Notes: generated by a model from the letters alone, not told the origin. Numbered from the stretch's first letter, positions 50,601 through 64,000 are shown. The stretch: 64,000 nt of DNA from Phoronis australis (GCA_002633005.1 NMRA01000065.1:54043-118042); one strand, 5' to 3'. A program made the numbers and translations.

Positions 50601-53600
50601 AGTGATTTGACATCAGACCACGGATACAACTATAAAATGATTTTGTGTGTGAAATAAGTGTATTGTTTTACGGTATTTATTCGACTGCAGCTCCCAGAGT
50701 CGTTGTTTGGCCCTTGTGCCAAAACGGTTGTCACTTAGTAAACGCCAAACCTGATGCAAATTTGTGTGCCGACTTTTCGCGTAAAAATATTCGCTTTTAA
50801 TTTGCTAATCGCAGCCATAGTTTCCAAATATTTTCACTTGCCATACAAGCAACTTCTATTTTTGCAGTAAAAGGAACAAAACACAAGTACATCTTTGCTA
50901 CAACATTCCAATCATTTGTTTTGTAAATGTTGCAGACAAATCTCAAACATGACTCTATGGCTCGGAGCTTTTCAATCATGGCTCAAGATTTCCAAACACA
51001 TCGCAGAACTTTCAAGCAGGGGGCAGCACGTTTGAATACACATAGGGGAACCACTGCCGAAGCGAAAATGTTACGTTTTTTAAATTTTTGCATAACCGCT
51101 CATGAACCTAAGGTTCATTTAATAGCGCAGGCGGCTGTCCCTTCTCTATGTGCATGTCCGAAAATGCGTATTTTTTATTGTTTTTCACCCTTTCTTTCTG
51201 TTCGTCCCTTTTATTCGTTAACGTTAATTTGAATGCACTTCAACGACAGCCATTTCGCATCGAATCGGTCAAGGTTATCTATCTGTTCATATTTTAGCAA
51301 TTCTTTCCATGGTTTACTCAAGCGTTTCACACATAGGCGCATGCGCCTAATTTCGACTGCGCATTGCGAAAAAGTATCGAAAAGATTGAAAGTGATCTTG
51401 TACCAACGACTTCAAAGTTATGTTCGAAATTTCGCTGTCATTTCTTTACATGAAGCCTTTCGATACACAGAGTGACAAATACACTACCGACAGAACATGG
51501 TCGATGTTTGTTGTTGGGGTTGCATAACTGATTTAATCATTGGTTTATTAAGCTAATGTTCGATGGGCTAAGTCAAACCATGGATATGACCGGAGAAACA
51601 GGGGTCAAACGCAAAATGCGATTTTAAGAGGATTTATCATTGCTAAAGCTCAAGAACATGACTGCTGATGGTTGAAGAATGACTGACCCGCCATGGTGCT
51701 GACTGTACTATTTGTTGAAAGTTTGACGTCAGCTGTGAATTTTTTACGCGTATTTCGAGTACAAAATTACGAACAGCAGATAATCATTGGAGATGTGTAA
51801 GTATAGTTGTTAATACTATCAACATTTAAAACTTTTGACAGAGTAGCGAAAATAGACAAAGAGGCCTCTAAACGGTGTCCTTTACTGTAAGTATTGTGAA
51901 CAAGTAGCAGTTTGAACAAAAAGATTTCTCAGTTATTTCCATTCACATTTCTTTATTCGGAATGAAGAAATTTAGATCTGTATGAAAGTAAGAAACTTTT
52001 TCTTCAAACTGTTTCGTTTTGACAAAATGTACACGTTTATCAAGAAAATAATCATGAAAACGATTTGACAGTTCTATTGCAAAAATTGTTCATTTTGCGC
52101 TAATTTTCCATGACGAAAATCCAATCACTGGTTCCTTCAAGAGGATGAGTTGAAATGAGCCGACTCTTCTGTTGGTTTCCGGATTAAATGTGCGCGCCAC
52201 GTGCACAAATAGGCGCGTGCCAATCTTAATCGAGCGGGATTTAATTAGTATCGAAATCAGTTAATCTCGTTTTCAATGAGCTGTGTTTTAGTACGGCGTT
52301 ATCGCGGTGGGATGCACAGAAATTCTGATGAACGAAGTACCGTAATTCTACCATTAGTCGTTGTCAGGTACACAGTATCCAGAAACTTTGCCTACTCCAC
52401 TGCATTTTTTTTTCACTGGAAATTAATCATCTGTTACGGTGAATTTTCAAATTTTTTCACATAAAATTTACCGTTCGTGTCGTTGAATAAGAATAAAAAC
52501 TGAATATTTTAATAGTTCTAAAAATGTAATCAACTTTTTGGTTGTGCAGGGGATATATTTTACGTGGTCGTTGTTTCTCTCACTCCATGCTATCTACTGC
52601 CTGAGTTGACCAATCAACGTCGCACAGAAAATGCGAATATTGGGTGACGTAAACGCTGGATGTATGTCTACGTTTACCTCTAGCCAATTAAAAGCGATAA
52701 ATACGTGAATATCTAATCAAAATTAAGCCTGAAGCAATTTCCAAATAATTTTGTACATAATTAATCAACAAATAACACAATGTTCTTCTTAAATAAGACG
52801 TGAACCATTCACCACAATTCTACGTTTGTCTGTCATAAAAACGATTTATGTCTGACATAAGCCCATGAACAATTTTTATTCTTCCATTTCTATACAGAGT
52901 CCCTCGATTCTCATTAGCTGATTTATTTTAGGCATGCATTGGCAAATGTGGATACCAATATGATTCATGTCTTGACTGAAATCGAATATTACGATACAAT
53001 GATAGAAGTTATTATTCGACAATTATATCAGATGATTTAAAGTATTTAGAAGATTAATCACGCCTACTAATATTCTTGGGCTCTGATTGGCTAGTACTTT
53101 TGTAATTAAATTGTACATATGTTAATCATTTAAGTTACACTAAGTTCGTATTTGTGTCACTCAATCTTGGCCTACGACGAAAAAGCGGCATCCTTGTTGA
53201 CCCGAGTTGTGTGCAAAGCTCGACTAAGTAGGCACATTTCCTTACAACTCCGGTAGTGAGTTGTTTGCCGGCTCAAGCCAGCACAAGTGCTCACCACATT
53301 GGTCAAACTGGGCGTGTTTACATCCCGTAATGTGTCGTGACGTAACAAGCATTTACCGCGATTCGACAAAACGTCGCTAATGTTGTTGATTTAGTACGCT
53401 TGTGTATCAGGCATATGTCCAGGGCAACGATTTTCTTTACTAATGACAAATATTCCAATGCTACAAGTTCCTATAGTTTATACGTACTCGTAATTGTAGC
53501 ATCACCAACCAAAATTGATTCGTGATGATTTTAACATGTATCATACTAATTGATTTATTTGTTATTTTTACTTGACATTGTTAAGATTTACATTTTTTTG

Positions 53601-56600
53601 TAAATCGATATCGTAACGTACTCTGCAATATCAGAATTGTCGGCTTTCCGGTTATCACATGTGTTAGATATTGCTGCTGATGAGAGGTTTCATGTCGTAC
53701 TTAATCCGATTACACGATAATTCCCTTCATAGGCGACTATCAAGTCGCTCGACGTGAAAACATTGGTCCTTTCCGACGGTAGATGGTCACCCACTGGAAA
53801 TCCGTTTAAGAAGTGTGAAAAGTTCCCAAACTAGATAATACAGGCGTTCAAAAATGCCACGATTACTACAAAACCAGGACAGCGTGCGCAGATGAGCGAG
53901 ACGATGTATTGCCGACGGACTGTATTAAGTTACATATGTTTTTGTGTCTTGCCAGATTACAAACGTCGGCTTCTGTTGATTGCGTACTGCGTATTGCGCG
54001 CTTCTTGAGGTACCGGCTCACACTGCAGGTTTTACGACTGACTGCACTAATGCAGATTGCGAATACGAGGACTGAGGTCCCGCTTGTGTCGGGATGGTTT
54101 TGCGAGGACGTGGTGTGCGTTGCATCCGCAGACACAAAATCATGCGAGTACTTGTAAACAGTCGACCTCTGAAGTGCTGGGTCGGAGAAGCCGTAATGGT
54201 GCACTATGGGATAGATTTTAATGTTTCCTTCCATCTGCGAACTTCTCGCTTCAAGTGCTATTAATAAAATGTTCGTAACTCAAGTGTACGCACTTTTACG
54301 AGTATTCGTTGGACTGCATGCGACCTAAAAGATAGCAAACGTGTTTATTAAACGTTAGAATGAATATTTGAACAAGAAAATAAATATATGTATTGAAATT
54401 TTTGAAATATCTACACGTGTGCCCACGCAAGACATTTTTATGTCCTGTCGCTGTGCTTTGCGGAATTTCAATGTTCACGAAGTAAGCTGTCCTTTTTCCC
54501 ACTCTTACTACTTTTTAATCTAAGTGAAAATCAGTCAGTCTGACTTTGGTGACAAAAACACCTACGTTTTTAATACTGTTATCATCTCCATTCAGAGCCT
54601 TAAACCACACAATGTAGGACGGTGTGAAATAACTGAATTTAAAAACGTGGAATGCATAAGTCCGTCTTAGCGTATTGAATGTATATAGTTTTCTCCACAG
54701 CATCATCAGACCATTTTGATGATCTTAAAGCCACAGTTAAACCAATATTTATCTGCATAATACGCTAACGAGAGCCTTAATCTCCTGAATGAAACCACTC
54801 AGAGAGATGCAACGCGTCCACACTTCCGGTTACCTATGACTCTAATTTTAACCCTTAATTAAGCGCAAAAGAAAACAAAACTGAACAGCTCTTGCTATTT
54901 ACAAATAAAAACAAATCATTAAAAGAAATCGGAACGCCCCGCTTGTGTAAATTATCAATTTTATGGCCACTTAATCCCCAATGCTTAATTAGATCTAGCA
55001 TGATAAAGAACAGTTGACCACGAACCACCTAAGCGCGAATAATAGGAAACAGTTCCTTTATCCGGCGCCTTGGTAATATGTTGGCATACGTATTCGGGCA
55101 ATTCTGATTTATTTCAATAAAGCATTTAATGTCAATTTGCCTGCTTTAAAGTGCTTTAAGTTAAGTAAAGTGAATGACGCGGGTACATATTTTCTGACTT
55201 GTGATTGGTCACTCGTAGATTACTCTAAAGGAATCTGTTCTCAAAATATACGAGTACGTAATTATATCCCGAAAGAGTCGATGTATTTATTATATTAATT
55301 ATTCTCTTCAACGAATTTGTTGAAAAGCGATGCTGCGTGAAGAAAACAATAAAACATTGCATTCATTTTTGTTTGTTGATTCATATTTAAAAAGGAACAC
55401 AGCAGTAAATAAACGGATAAATGGCAGATACATTTTAACTGTAAAGTAACATTTTAATATTCCGAATTCAATTATTTCGTGAATGCATTGTTTACACTCC
55501 TAATTTACTTAAAGCGGCGATTAACCCCCTTCCATCACAAAAACAAATTTTGATTTAGACCACGTACCGTTCTGACATTGGCCTCAAATTGTTCCGAAGT
55601 CAAATTTTAGGGGATTTCAGGGCTTTGAATAGAGGCAGCTCATTAATGACTCTACAAGTTGGCTTGTCACGCCATGTCACTTTATGCGCGGAGCTTGGTC
55701 TTGAGGAATAACGAACCGGCACACAGTTTAGGGGATAGTATAGTTACCTGTCAGCGACTTGTTTGCGTTTGTGGACCAGTTCTTTTGAAAACCCACAAAT
55801 AAGGCTCCATAAGAGTGAAGAAGAACTTGAAATATACTTTATAACGATGAGCGGTCTAAATCAAAAGTTCCGCTCTTGGGACGGAATGTGGGATTATAAC
55901 CGATTTTACTGTTCTTGGTAATAATAAAGGACATTGCAATCTAAAAATCACATTTCTGAACGTATAAATTCACCACGAACGTCTTTGTAGCGCAGACAAA
56001 TTTCTGGTTTAATCGAAATCACTTAAAAATGCATGAATTCAGATGTTCCTAATAATGATAACAATGTTTTCCTAAGTTCAAAGTCAAAAAATGCCTATAA
56101 AACGAGGTATGTTTTTCGGTGTCTGTATATTTCATGAAACCGCATCACTCGCGTGTATGAATACTATTGTTACGGAACAGTTTCCAAAAGTAAAACGGTC
56201 AGCTGGTCGCACATCCTGGTACGTGTACATGTGCTTATGTACAACTTAGAACGTGTCATATTATGAGTCGTATTTTCAAAGTAAACACTCAGCGACATTT
56301 TGGGAACAGGCACTGTGCCATGTACAACGAATTATGACTGGGAAGTACCGGTTCATGACCATAGTTTTGAGTATACGAGTTAAACAGATTTCCGTTTGTC
56401 GCCTGCATACGTTTCTAACGACACATTCCAGAAGCCGAATCCGCCATTTACAGAGTGCTAACATGAAAAGAAAGCAGCGTGCTTACAGAGTACACGTAGC
56501 AACACTTTTCTGGTTTTGTTCGTTTTCAATGACAGATTTTTCGATTACCTGATGGTGTAATTTGCACTATTTCCTATCAACGTAGCGTGCACTGAACTTG

Positions 56601-56924
56601 AGGAGTAAATGTACTAAAAAACTTCGTTTAAACCAATTGGATTACAAACGAATGTCTGGACTCCGTCATCGATACGGCATCCTAATTTCCAAAGATTTTC
56701 ACATCAGTTGCTCGGAGAGTTTGCGCGTGGACATTCGATTCTTAAGTAACAACTAGTGAGACAATTCTATTGGGGTATATGTGTATATCAAAGGCGTTCA
56801 TTACATTTGACAAGATAAACATTTCAAATTTTAAAATGGGGCTAGTTACCCATTTCTAGTTTCAGGAGTAATTTTTTGTCGAGTTAGACTGTCTTAAATT
56901 TGTTTTACCTTCGATTAGTTTTAT

Positions 56925-59144
56925 AAAAAAAAACAATTGCAGGCGGTCTGGTACACGTTGTACCAGACGTGCGCAGGCCATGCATGTTGACCTTTGCACT
57001 TCGAATTCGCGAACCGTTGAATGCACGCGCAGCGGCTCTCTTGCTTGCATTGAATTCAAAGTGACTGCTTTCTAATGATAGGCTCAGTTCAGTACGTCTC
57101 AAATCCACACAGCAACATCCTCCACAGTTGCTGGGTCGTTGCGGGTACCGCCGCGAGAAGTGTACCCCGCTAGTAAGGACATACAGATGGCGAGCGGGCG
57201 GGTGACGAAATTGTTGACGATTGGAATGCGTAATTCGTCGAGATATTGGGAAACAAATTTTTTTACTTTGTAACGACAGAGGGTGCGGATTTTGCGACGA
57301 CCGGGAAAGGCAGGAAGCAAATGTCGAATGGATATCATGAATCTCAACTATTTTTCCCTGTAGGGCTGCGAGTGTATATTACAACACTGACTACGGGTAC
57401 ATGTAAAGTCCCATTCGAGACGCGTCAGCTACAATATGAGAACGCAGCTGACTCTGGGTTCGTTTTGGTCATTACGGCGATCACTTTACATATAATGATG
57501 ATGACTGCAATGATGATGGTTACAGAAGTCTTACGCAGATTAACCAACCTACGGGACAGTGTGCGATTCTCATCTGAACGTTAAGTACAGTGTTACATTT
57601 CAAATAGTGTCTTGGCTAGTTTAAACATGTAGCACGTAGCACGTTACAAATGGTATCGACATTTCTCTTAACTAGCCTTGAAAATATAATAACGTTCTAC
57701 AGGTTTACGATGCTATCGTACTTATAGTGCCAGAAATAGACACCGACTTAAAAAATATTGTCCCTGCGTAGCCAATATTGCAAATAATACAGACTATTAA
57801 TACACGGACCATAATCCAGACATACTGGTTAACTTGTGGCAGCCTGGCTTGCCGTTTAAAGAGAGCTTTTTCATAGAAGGAATGATCCAAAGCTGCAGAT
57901 TTTCATTACTCACCAATATGTTGAAATGAAAACAGTAAAACTAGAATTACACACACATTCGTATCTACTACATGTACAAATTGACCTGAAACATCATGCA
58001 AATTGCAGGTGCACAAATTGGCGCCTTCTTTCCGAATATTCTTTAAAATTTTGAACAATATAAAAACATACGGACACAACGCTTGGCCACTTATGCATCA
58101 GGGAGGAATATCAGATCCATTCGTATTCATTTTAGACCCTTCACTTTGGTCATCGTCATGGGTCGGCACACAAGCTAGACTGACACGAGTTGAAAATTTA
58201 CAAATAAACCCCCCACTATATTGCCCTTTCTTGAGCGATCGGTATACTAGAAATACCAAGGCGTTAGTGCGTCCCTGGCTATACATGTGTATTCCTGACA
58301 GCTGATGGCTATCTTATTTTACCTGCACGTGTGTTACCGCATGCCGAGAGGTTGCAGCTTGGTGGCGTGACATGGCCGGCCTTCTTTTGTTTTTAGTGGC
58401 GGGAATCATTGAGTGACCCCTGAATGACCTGAGAAAGTTGAAAATTAACCTTGGTTTGCCAGTACTTCGTGATACTCTACTCATCATCAAGGGCAGACTG
58501 ATATTCTTGGAATTTACCATTGAAGTAGTTTCAAATATAACAGAACTCTTTTTGTATGGGGTTACCTATTACGGAGTGTTCGAATGCCCGTAATCCACTA
58601 ATTGTGAAAACTTGGTATACCGCCATACTGCTGTGGTGAAATTTTGCAGGTCATGAAAACTTATTAAGGTCTACATTGTGCATTCATTTTTGAATAATAT
58701 TCATGTGACATTTTTCCACTAACAAAACACACCCAAAGATATTTCAATGATTTGTGCGCGTATTTAGGCCCATGCCCTTACATACACGCGACGCTTCGCC
58801 AGTATGCAAAAACATTTGAGTAAAAGCGAGGAGCAAAGTTTAAAAATATATTTTTTTACCTTTATATGAATGTTGAAAATGTCAGACGTTAAGAAGAAGT
58901 GTATTCAATTATTAAAGACTGTAAAGGGTAACTACAATTTATAGACATGCGCAAGGGATAGCCGGCTCAGCCTATAAGTGAACTTTAGGCGCTTGCGCCT
59001 ATATGCGAATCATTGAAATAAAACTTTGTTAAAACACATTATTTTATACGCAGGTACAATGTATGACTAACTGATATTGTACGTAAAAATAAAAAAATAA
59101 TTGCAGGCCGTCTGGTACACGTTGTACCAGACGTGCGCAGGCCC
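56925..59144 (-). repeat. Two copies (about 56925-56979 and 59086-59144) of a ~55-bp hairpin-containing motif resembling a Helitron/Helentron 3' end
   Basis: An A-run followed by AATTGCAGGC(G/C)GTCTGGTACA-CGT-TGTACCAGACGTGCGCAGGCC, with a 10-bp perfect stem, in both copies. Confidence 0.6.
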
Positions 59145-60135
59145 GTTGCATTGATAACATAGAACCATTTTTACGCTTTATTAATATATAGTTAAAAAGC
59201 GTACGTATTTCAAAATAAACTTTTTAGAATACTTTATTCATAACATTCCACATTAGGCTATAATATTGTTTGCATCATAATTTATACGAGACCAATATCC
59301 GTTGGAGGACGTGAGTCTCAAATACTGTGTTCAAATCCGCAAAGCAAACATGGCAAAACGAGAATCTAGATTTCTGTAGTACCATTATCTACCATCCTCG
59401 AAGTTGATTGAGTGAGTTTATACCGGCTTTAGTTCATACTAAAATTATAAATGTAAAAGTAAATACGTATCTCTTGGCCTCTTCGTGTCGCAGTCACAAG
59501 GGGAAATAATTATTCAATAAATCAGTTCAAATGAGACAAGAGCACTCAATCATTAAGTTCTGTTGGCACATGTGTATTTTGAATAGATGGAAAATCACTT
59601 GAACAAGATGCCAAAGAACGCTGATGAAAAATCAAGATCCAAGTGACCACTCATACTAGAGCTGGAGACTTGCAGAAATGTAGAAAAAAACACAGCCGCA
59701 TGTTACTTCACTCTGACATTTTCAGTTTAAAAATATAACCGTTCGCATAAAAACTGGCTTCATGTAGCACTACATAAGGAATACCGACGGCACAGCTATG
59801 CTTACGTCATTGGAGCTGCTGCTGCTGCTTTGGGATCTTTCAGTTCCATTAAAACAGATATTTGTTAAAGAAAATGTACCTGTAACACGGTTTCTCATTG
59901 ATTAACAAAACGCACGTTCCAATTGGTTGGAAAATACATGTAACATTCATGCCCTCCAATTGGGTGATGTTGAGAAATGTATATGTATCACTACTCTGTC
60001 TATTGAGAAATCCCACGTGACTTGTTGCTGCTTCAACATGAAAGCGATGCTTTTCATGCAAGCTCGCGTTTTGTGACCCACTCAAGATAACAAGCCCACA
60101 AATAAAACAACAACGACATTTCCGACTTCTTTTCG

Positions 60136-60465
60136 CATAGGCAGATTCAGGGGGGCTGCTCCCCAAAAAACAGCAAGAGCGTAAGGAAATATTGAGTTTA
60201 CTTATGAAATCCGGCAATTAGCATGCGACTGGAACAAGATTTAACAATGTGTGCAGTTAGTTTGTGTATCCGAATCAAACCGCCGGCGCAACGGTTTTCC
60301 CGTTCTTTTAGTCCTCCGTTTGAATATTAGTATAAGATTCATATGCCCGGAATTTCGGCCCCCCTATATTTTAGGCAGGACGCGCGCATGCATGCGATCG
60401 TGCTTTGCCCCATTTGCCCCAGACAAAATATTGCCCCCTGCCCTTATGTCCTAGATCCGCCACTG
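60136..60465. mobile_element. hAT-like short MITE; related ends at about 221-277, 6896-6921 and 31503-31680
   Basis: CATAGGCAGATTCAGGGGGG ... CTAGATCCGCCACTG; the same GATCCGCC end motif recurs at the other positions. Confidence 0.5.
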
Positions 60466-60938
60466 TCCCGGACCATAGATTTACAAAAACCGTCCAAACT
60501 GATGTCCACTAAGGTATTGCTGAGCGTCGGTTATCATCCTTTCACAGGGTCACGGTACCCCTGTGATAGAGAGTAGACAATCGTAACTGATGCAAATTAC
60601 TTAATAACTTTCGATTTGAATAAGCGCTTCTAAAAGAGCACGTCCTTGGATTGCTAGTTTAGTTGCGCCACCTTTTGACTGAGTGGGATATTGATCCTGC
60701 TAATAAACAAGTGTTTCGTAAAAAGTGAGCTTCGGATTTATCCGACCATTTACCCATATTCATGTGAAACTGGTCTCAACTTGTTCCTTCTTTCGATGAA
60801 AAGTGGTTCTTGGGCTTGGAAAGGAATGGTAATTCCGTAATGTTGCTTGCAACCAGGCTCGCAGCATAAAGTGACCCTCTCAGTAACAGCTAGGTCAACT
60901 TGCTGAACCTCGTTTTGAGCAATAAGGAACCGCCACTA

Positions 60939-61517
60939 CTCGCTGGTTCCCTGCGTGCCGCTAGGTGGGGCGGTAGCCGCGCCAGCACGCAGGTATCACT
61001 TAAATTTTCTCTGTAAATTTTTTTACACCGGCGTTTCTGATTGGCTAGTCGATTCGTCAACAGGCAGCGCTTTGCGCAAACAAACTGGCGTGGCTGATGG
61101 ACTGAAGTGTAAATGTGGTCTGTTGTACAGACAAACCGGTGCTTAAAATTATATTCAGGAAATGTGAAGCCTAGAAATTGTGATTGAGCATTTTCGGAAT
61201 GCATCTTTCTACTGTCGATGACTTTTGTTTACGATAGTGTCCCCATACAGTATGAATAACACACCGTAGGCCTAATATGTGTTTATTGTGCATGTATGTG
61301 CTTCAAGCACGCGGCTATTAAACATCACTGCAGAAACGAAATAGTTGCTGCGACGCCACTTGCATGACAAGGCTAAAATCGTTCACAGTCTGCCATTTTT
61401 TCACGGTGTTGTAAAGCTAACCAATGACTGCCAAGATTTCATCGGCCAATGCTAAAGCGCGTGCCACTGCGTGATACCTGCGTGCTGGCTGGGCTAAGCA
61501 CGCAGGGAACCAGCGAG
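60939..61517. mobile_element. 579-bp MITE with a perfect 9-bp TSD (Mutator/MULE-like by TSD length)
   Basis: TSD CCGCCACTA at 60930-60938 and 61518-61526; TIR CTCGCTGGTTCCCTGCGTGC plus a second inverted block GCCAGCACGCAGGTATCAC. Confidence 0.85.
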
Positions 61518-62278
61518 CCGCCACTAGAGTTCTCTCCTAGACAAGACATTTCCCTTCGGAACAAACTGAGACTGATTTGAGAAGGCGATGTTGCAGCAGC
61601 CGGAAAGGTTTGTATCCAAATGAAAAGAAGTAAAACTTTACCACATAGATAGCAACGAACTGAATTGAAAACCAAAGACATGAAGCAGAGTATTCAATTT
61701 ACGACAATGTCTACATTGCTTATTTTCTGCAATTCTGCTACGATATTACCGATGACATCATTGACTTAGTACGTTGCGCCGGTTACCTGAACCGTCCTCT
61801 TTATTTGTCAACAAAATTGACGTCTCTTCCTGTGCGAACCACATATAAAACGGAGTTGGCCATAACACACGAAATGACTCATGAGTCATTTTTGACCCTC
61901 GCGGCCATTTGCAACTCGAATATATATTTCACGAATATTCGAGAGACAAATTAAAAGAAGAATGCTGGGATATAAAATTCAAGTGTTTTCTTTACATATG
62001 CAGAGCCCTGAAGACAGCTTTATTCATACTCATACTCAATGATTAAGGGAATATCAACAGAAACAGTGTTCAAATGGTGTATACCTTGAACATTTTTATT
62101 AAAATGTATCAACGACATTTTCGAACTGAGCTACACTTTTGCCAGTATGTAAACACTTGAAAGTGATTGTTTACGAAACAAAGAAATTTTAAATGTGCCT
62201 AATACATAATGTTCTGTTTAACTGTGAAGCTGTTAAGCTGAAAGATTGTTATGTCATTGAAATGTGCAAAAAACGTTT

Positions 62279-62542
62279 TCAATGATTTTCTAGTTTTTTA
62301 ATTTCGTCATCCAATACTCTTTTCAGAGCCTTGTACACGTTGATGTTTGAAGATGGCGTTGTCGTCGCTTTCGGTCTAGGGCACGTGAATGATCCTTGGT
62401 GGTCACATGCGCAACTAACCGTGCTGAAGGCGGTATAATCTGGACACGTCAGCTCAATTTGCGCTGGATAGTCAGCCTGCACATTTTCTTGTGTAAACTT
62501 TTTGCAGTCCGTTCCTGGGACTAAAGTGTAGAGATTCCCCGA
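62279..62542 (-). CDS. Terminal coding exon of a gene encoding a chitin-binding type-2 (peritrophin-A/CBM14)-like domain; upstream exons probably beyond the window
   Basis: Phase-0 acceptor ttgttttcag|; encodes SGNLYTLVPGTDCKKFTQENVQADYPAQIELTCPDYTAFSTVSCACDHQGSFTCPRPKATTTPSS...ENH*. The P-x-x-DC-x-KF...L-x-CP-x-x-x-x-F...C-x-CD...C spacing fits the family. AATAAA on - at about 62095-62100. Confidence 0.7.
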   Translation of the reverse strand, partial: SGNLYTLVPGTDCKKFTQENVQADYPAQIELTCPDYTAFSTVSCACDHQGSFTCPRPKATTTPSSNINVYKALKRVLDDEIKKLENH

Positions 62543-64000
62543 CTGAAAACAACAAGTACCCGCCGCCGTGCAAGCATCTACAAGCAGAGTATTAATGTTT
62601 TTTTAAATTTATGAACGAGATATGGAAAATATGATTGTTTCCAACAGCACTGGTGACGCGCACAGGAAATCCCAGACATGCTCATGAAAATAAAGAAACA
62701 GAATTTGCGAGTCTTGTAGCTAAAATTTGACGTCCGTGAAAGTTTAAGTTACTTCCGTAAAATCATGACTTTTTAGAGAAAAAAACAATGTCACGTCATT
62801 ACAAACGTCAGGGGACTGTGTCTCGTAGAATATATAGCCAAAAGCTTTTGACATTGGGTTTGAGCCTGCGTCCCCCGAGCAGGCTATACATGTACGGTTA
62901 TCTATGTTTTGGCTTCGAGTTTTAGACGAATTTTCTGACTTTTAGTCTTGGCCATCCGTAGACTGGTTGTTAGGCAAAATACTAAAGACTCGCCGAAAAA
63001 CAGCCTCTGTGCTCGGTTTACAACTGACATTCAAAATATTGTTAGGAAATTTGATATCAATTCCAACTAAAAAACATTAAATGCTGATTTCCTAATTAAT
63101 ACTATTTGAACCTCCGATGACCTACCCCATGGGTAACTAGGCGAGTGAATGGGCGTCGCTGTAATCACCGCTAAACTGCAAAACAGGACGGCTATGAGCT
63201 TATTCATTCTTGAAACCTGTTCGAAAAGAGATAAGTTCTTCACTTATATACATACATTGACATGCACGTAAGTGTATGTACACACATATTTACATACACA
63301 CATGTACACACATTCATTTAGAAATGCATGTGTACAATTAGCTATTGTTAGAGCACGACGCTTTTAATACCCAGAATGAAATTTTGCAATTGTCAAGTAT
63401 CAGAAAAAATCCGCACACTGGTGTAACGTGGTTATATGCGATTTTCCAAACTTGTATCAAGCAAGTGTTACCGACCGTAAATAACATGGAACGAAGATTC
63501 ACTCGTGTACGAAAACAAATAGGTAAAATTATAAACAGAAAAAGGTAAAAAGCTCTGACAATAGATGTATGTCGTAATAAATTAAATGGCACCCATAAAC
63601 AATTTCAGGGAAGTCATCCTTCAGCGCACACTACATTTTTTATACTTTCGTTCATATTTTTACTCTTAATCGAATTTTCACACAATGTCTTAATTTTAGC
63701 TGTCAAAAGTGCATGCATCTACACAAATAAAATTAGCAATTTACTCTGGGTAACCAGTCTACTTCCATCACGAATCGCACGAGCCTACTCGTCGTCACCA
63801 TTCTTTTGATACGAACCCAAGTCTTTTCTCACTGTTATGTTTCTTTCTCGTACATCTATGCCACAACCATTTCCTTACAAGCGTACAGAAAAATCTTAGA
63901 AACGGTACATTACGAGTTATTCCTTGGCAGTAAGCAGGACCCGCGTCATTGGCACATAAAATTTCGTTGATGCACTATGACTGTCACAATTGCGACTGAT

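Noticed and set aside
57099-57584. GC-richer patch with 82-aa and 112-aa ORFs
   Set aside because: Stops are scattered in all frames, the starts are not convincing and no motif is recognisable. It may be a decayed fragment but cannot be supported.

Overview
Eukaryotic (animal, probably marine invertebrate) genomic DNA from a draft assembly, with N-gaps at 8276-9134 and 31749-31884. I reconstructed two complete, convergent spliced genes by hand from GT-AG sites with consistent intron phases. The first is a 7-coding-exon, 304-aa SPFH/Band-7 membrane protein gene on + (7236-17361). The second is a 3-exon, 228-aa Mox/Meox homeobox gene on - (47635-27112) with a ~17-kb first intron. The terminal exon of a third gene, encoding a chitin-binding peritrophin-A/CBM14-like domain, lies on - at 62542-62279. 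Between SPFH and Mox, a 5'-truncated CR1/L2-group LINE is interrupted in its 3' UTR by a 1483-bp internally deleted Kolobok DNA transposon (TTAA TSD, ~162-bp TIRs). This element retains a decayed THAP-transposase N-terminus on - and a convergent putative KolX N-terminus on +. The rest contains many non-autonomous elements: a Helentron/HINE-like element with a higher-order tandem core, TA-, TWA- and 9-bp-TSD MITEs, a 3.8-kb unit bounded by CCATGG palindrome arrays, and tRNA-like SINE heads. Micro- and minisatellites are also present. I see no prokaryotic operon, CRISPR array or clearly new multi-gene system. The best leads are the nested Kolobok relic, the repeat structures interacting with SPFH splicing, and the atypical chitin-binding exon. 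All family assignments come from motif recognition, not database searches.
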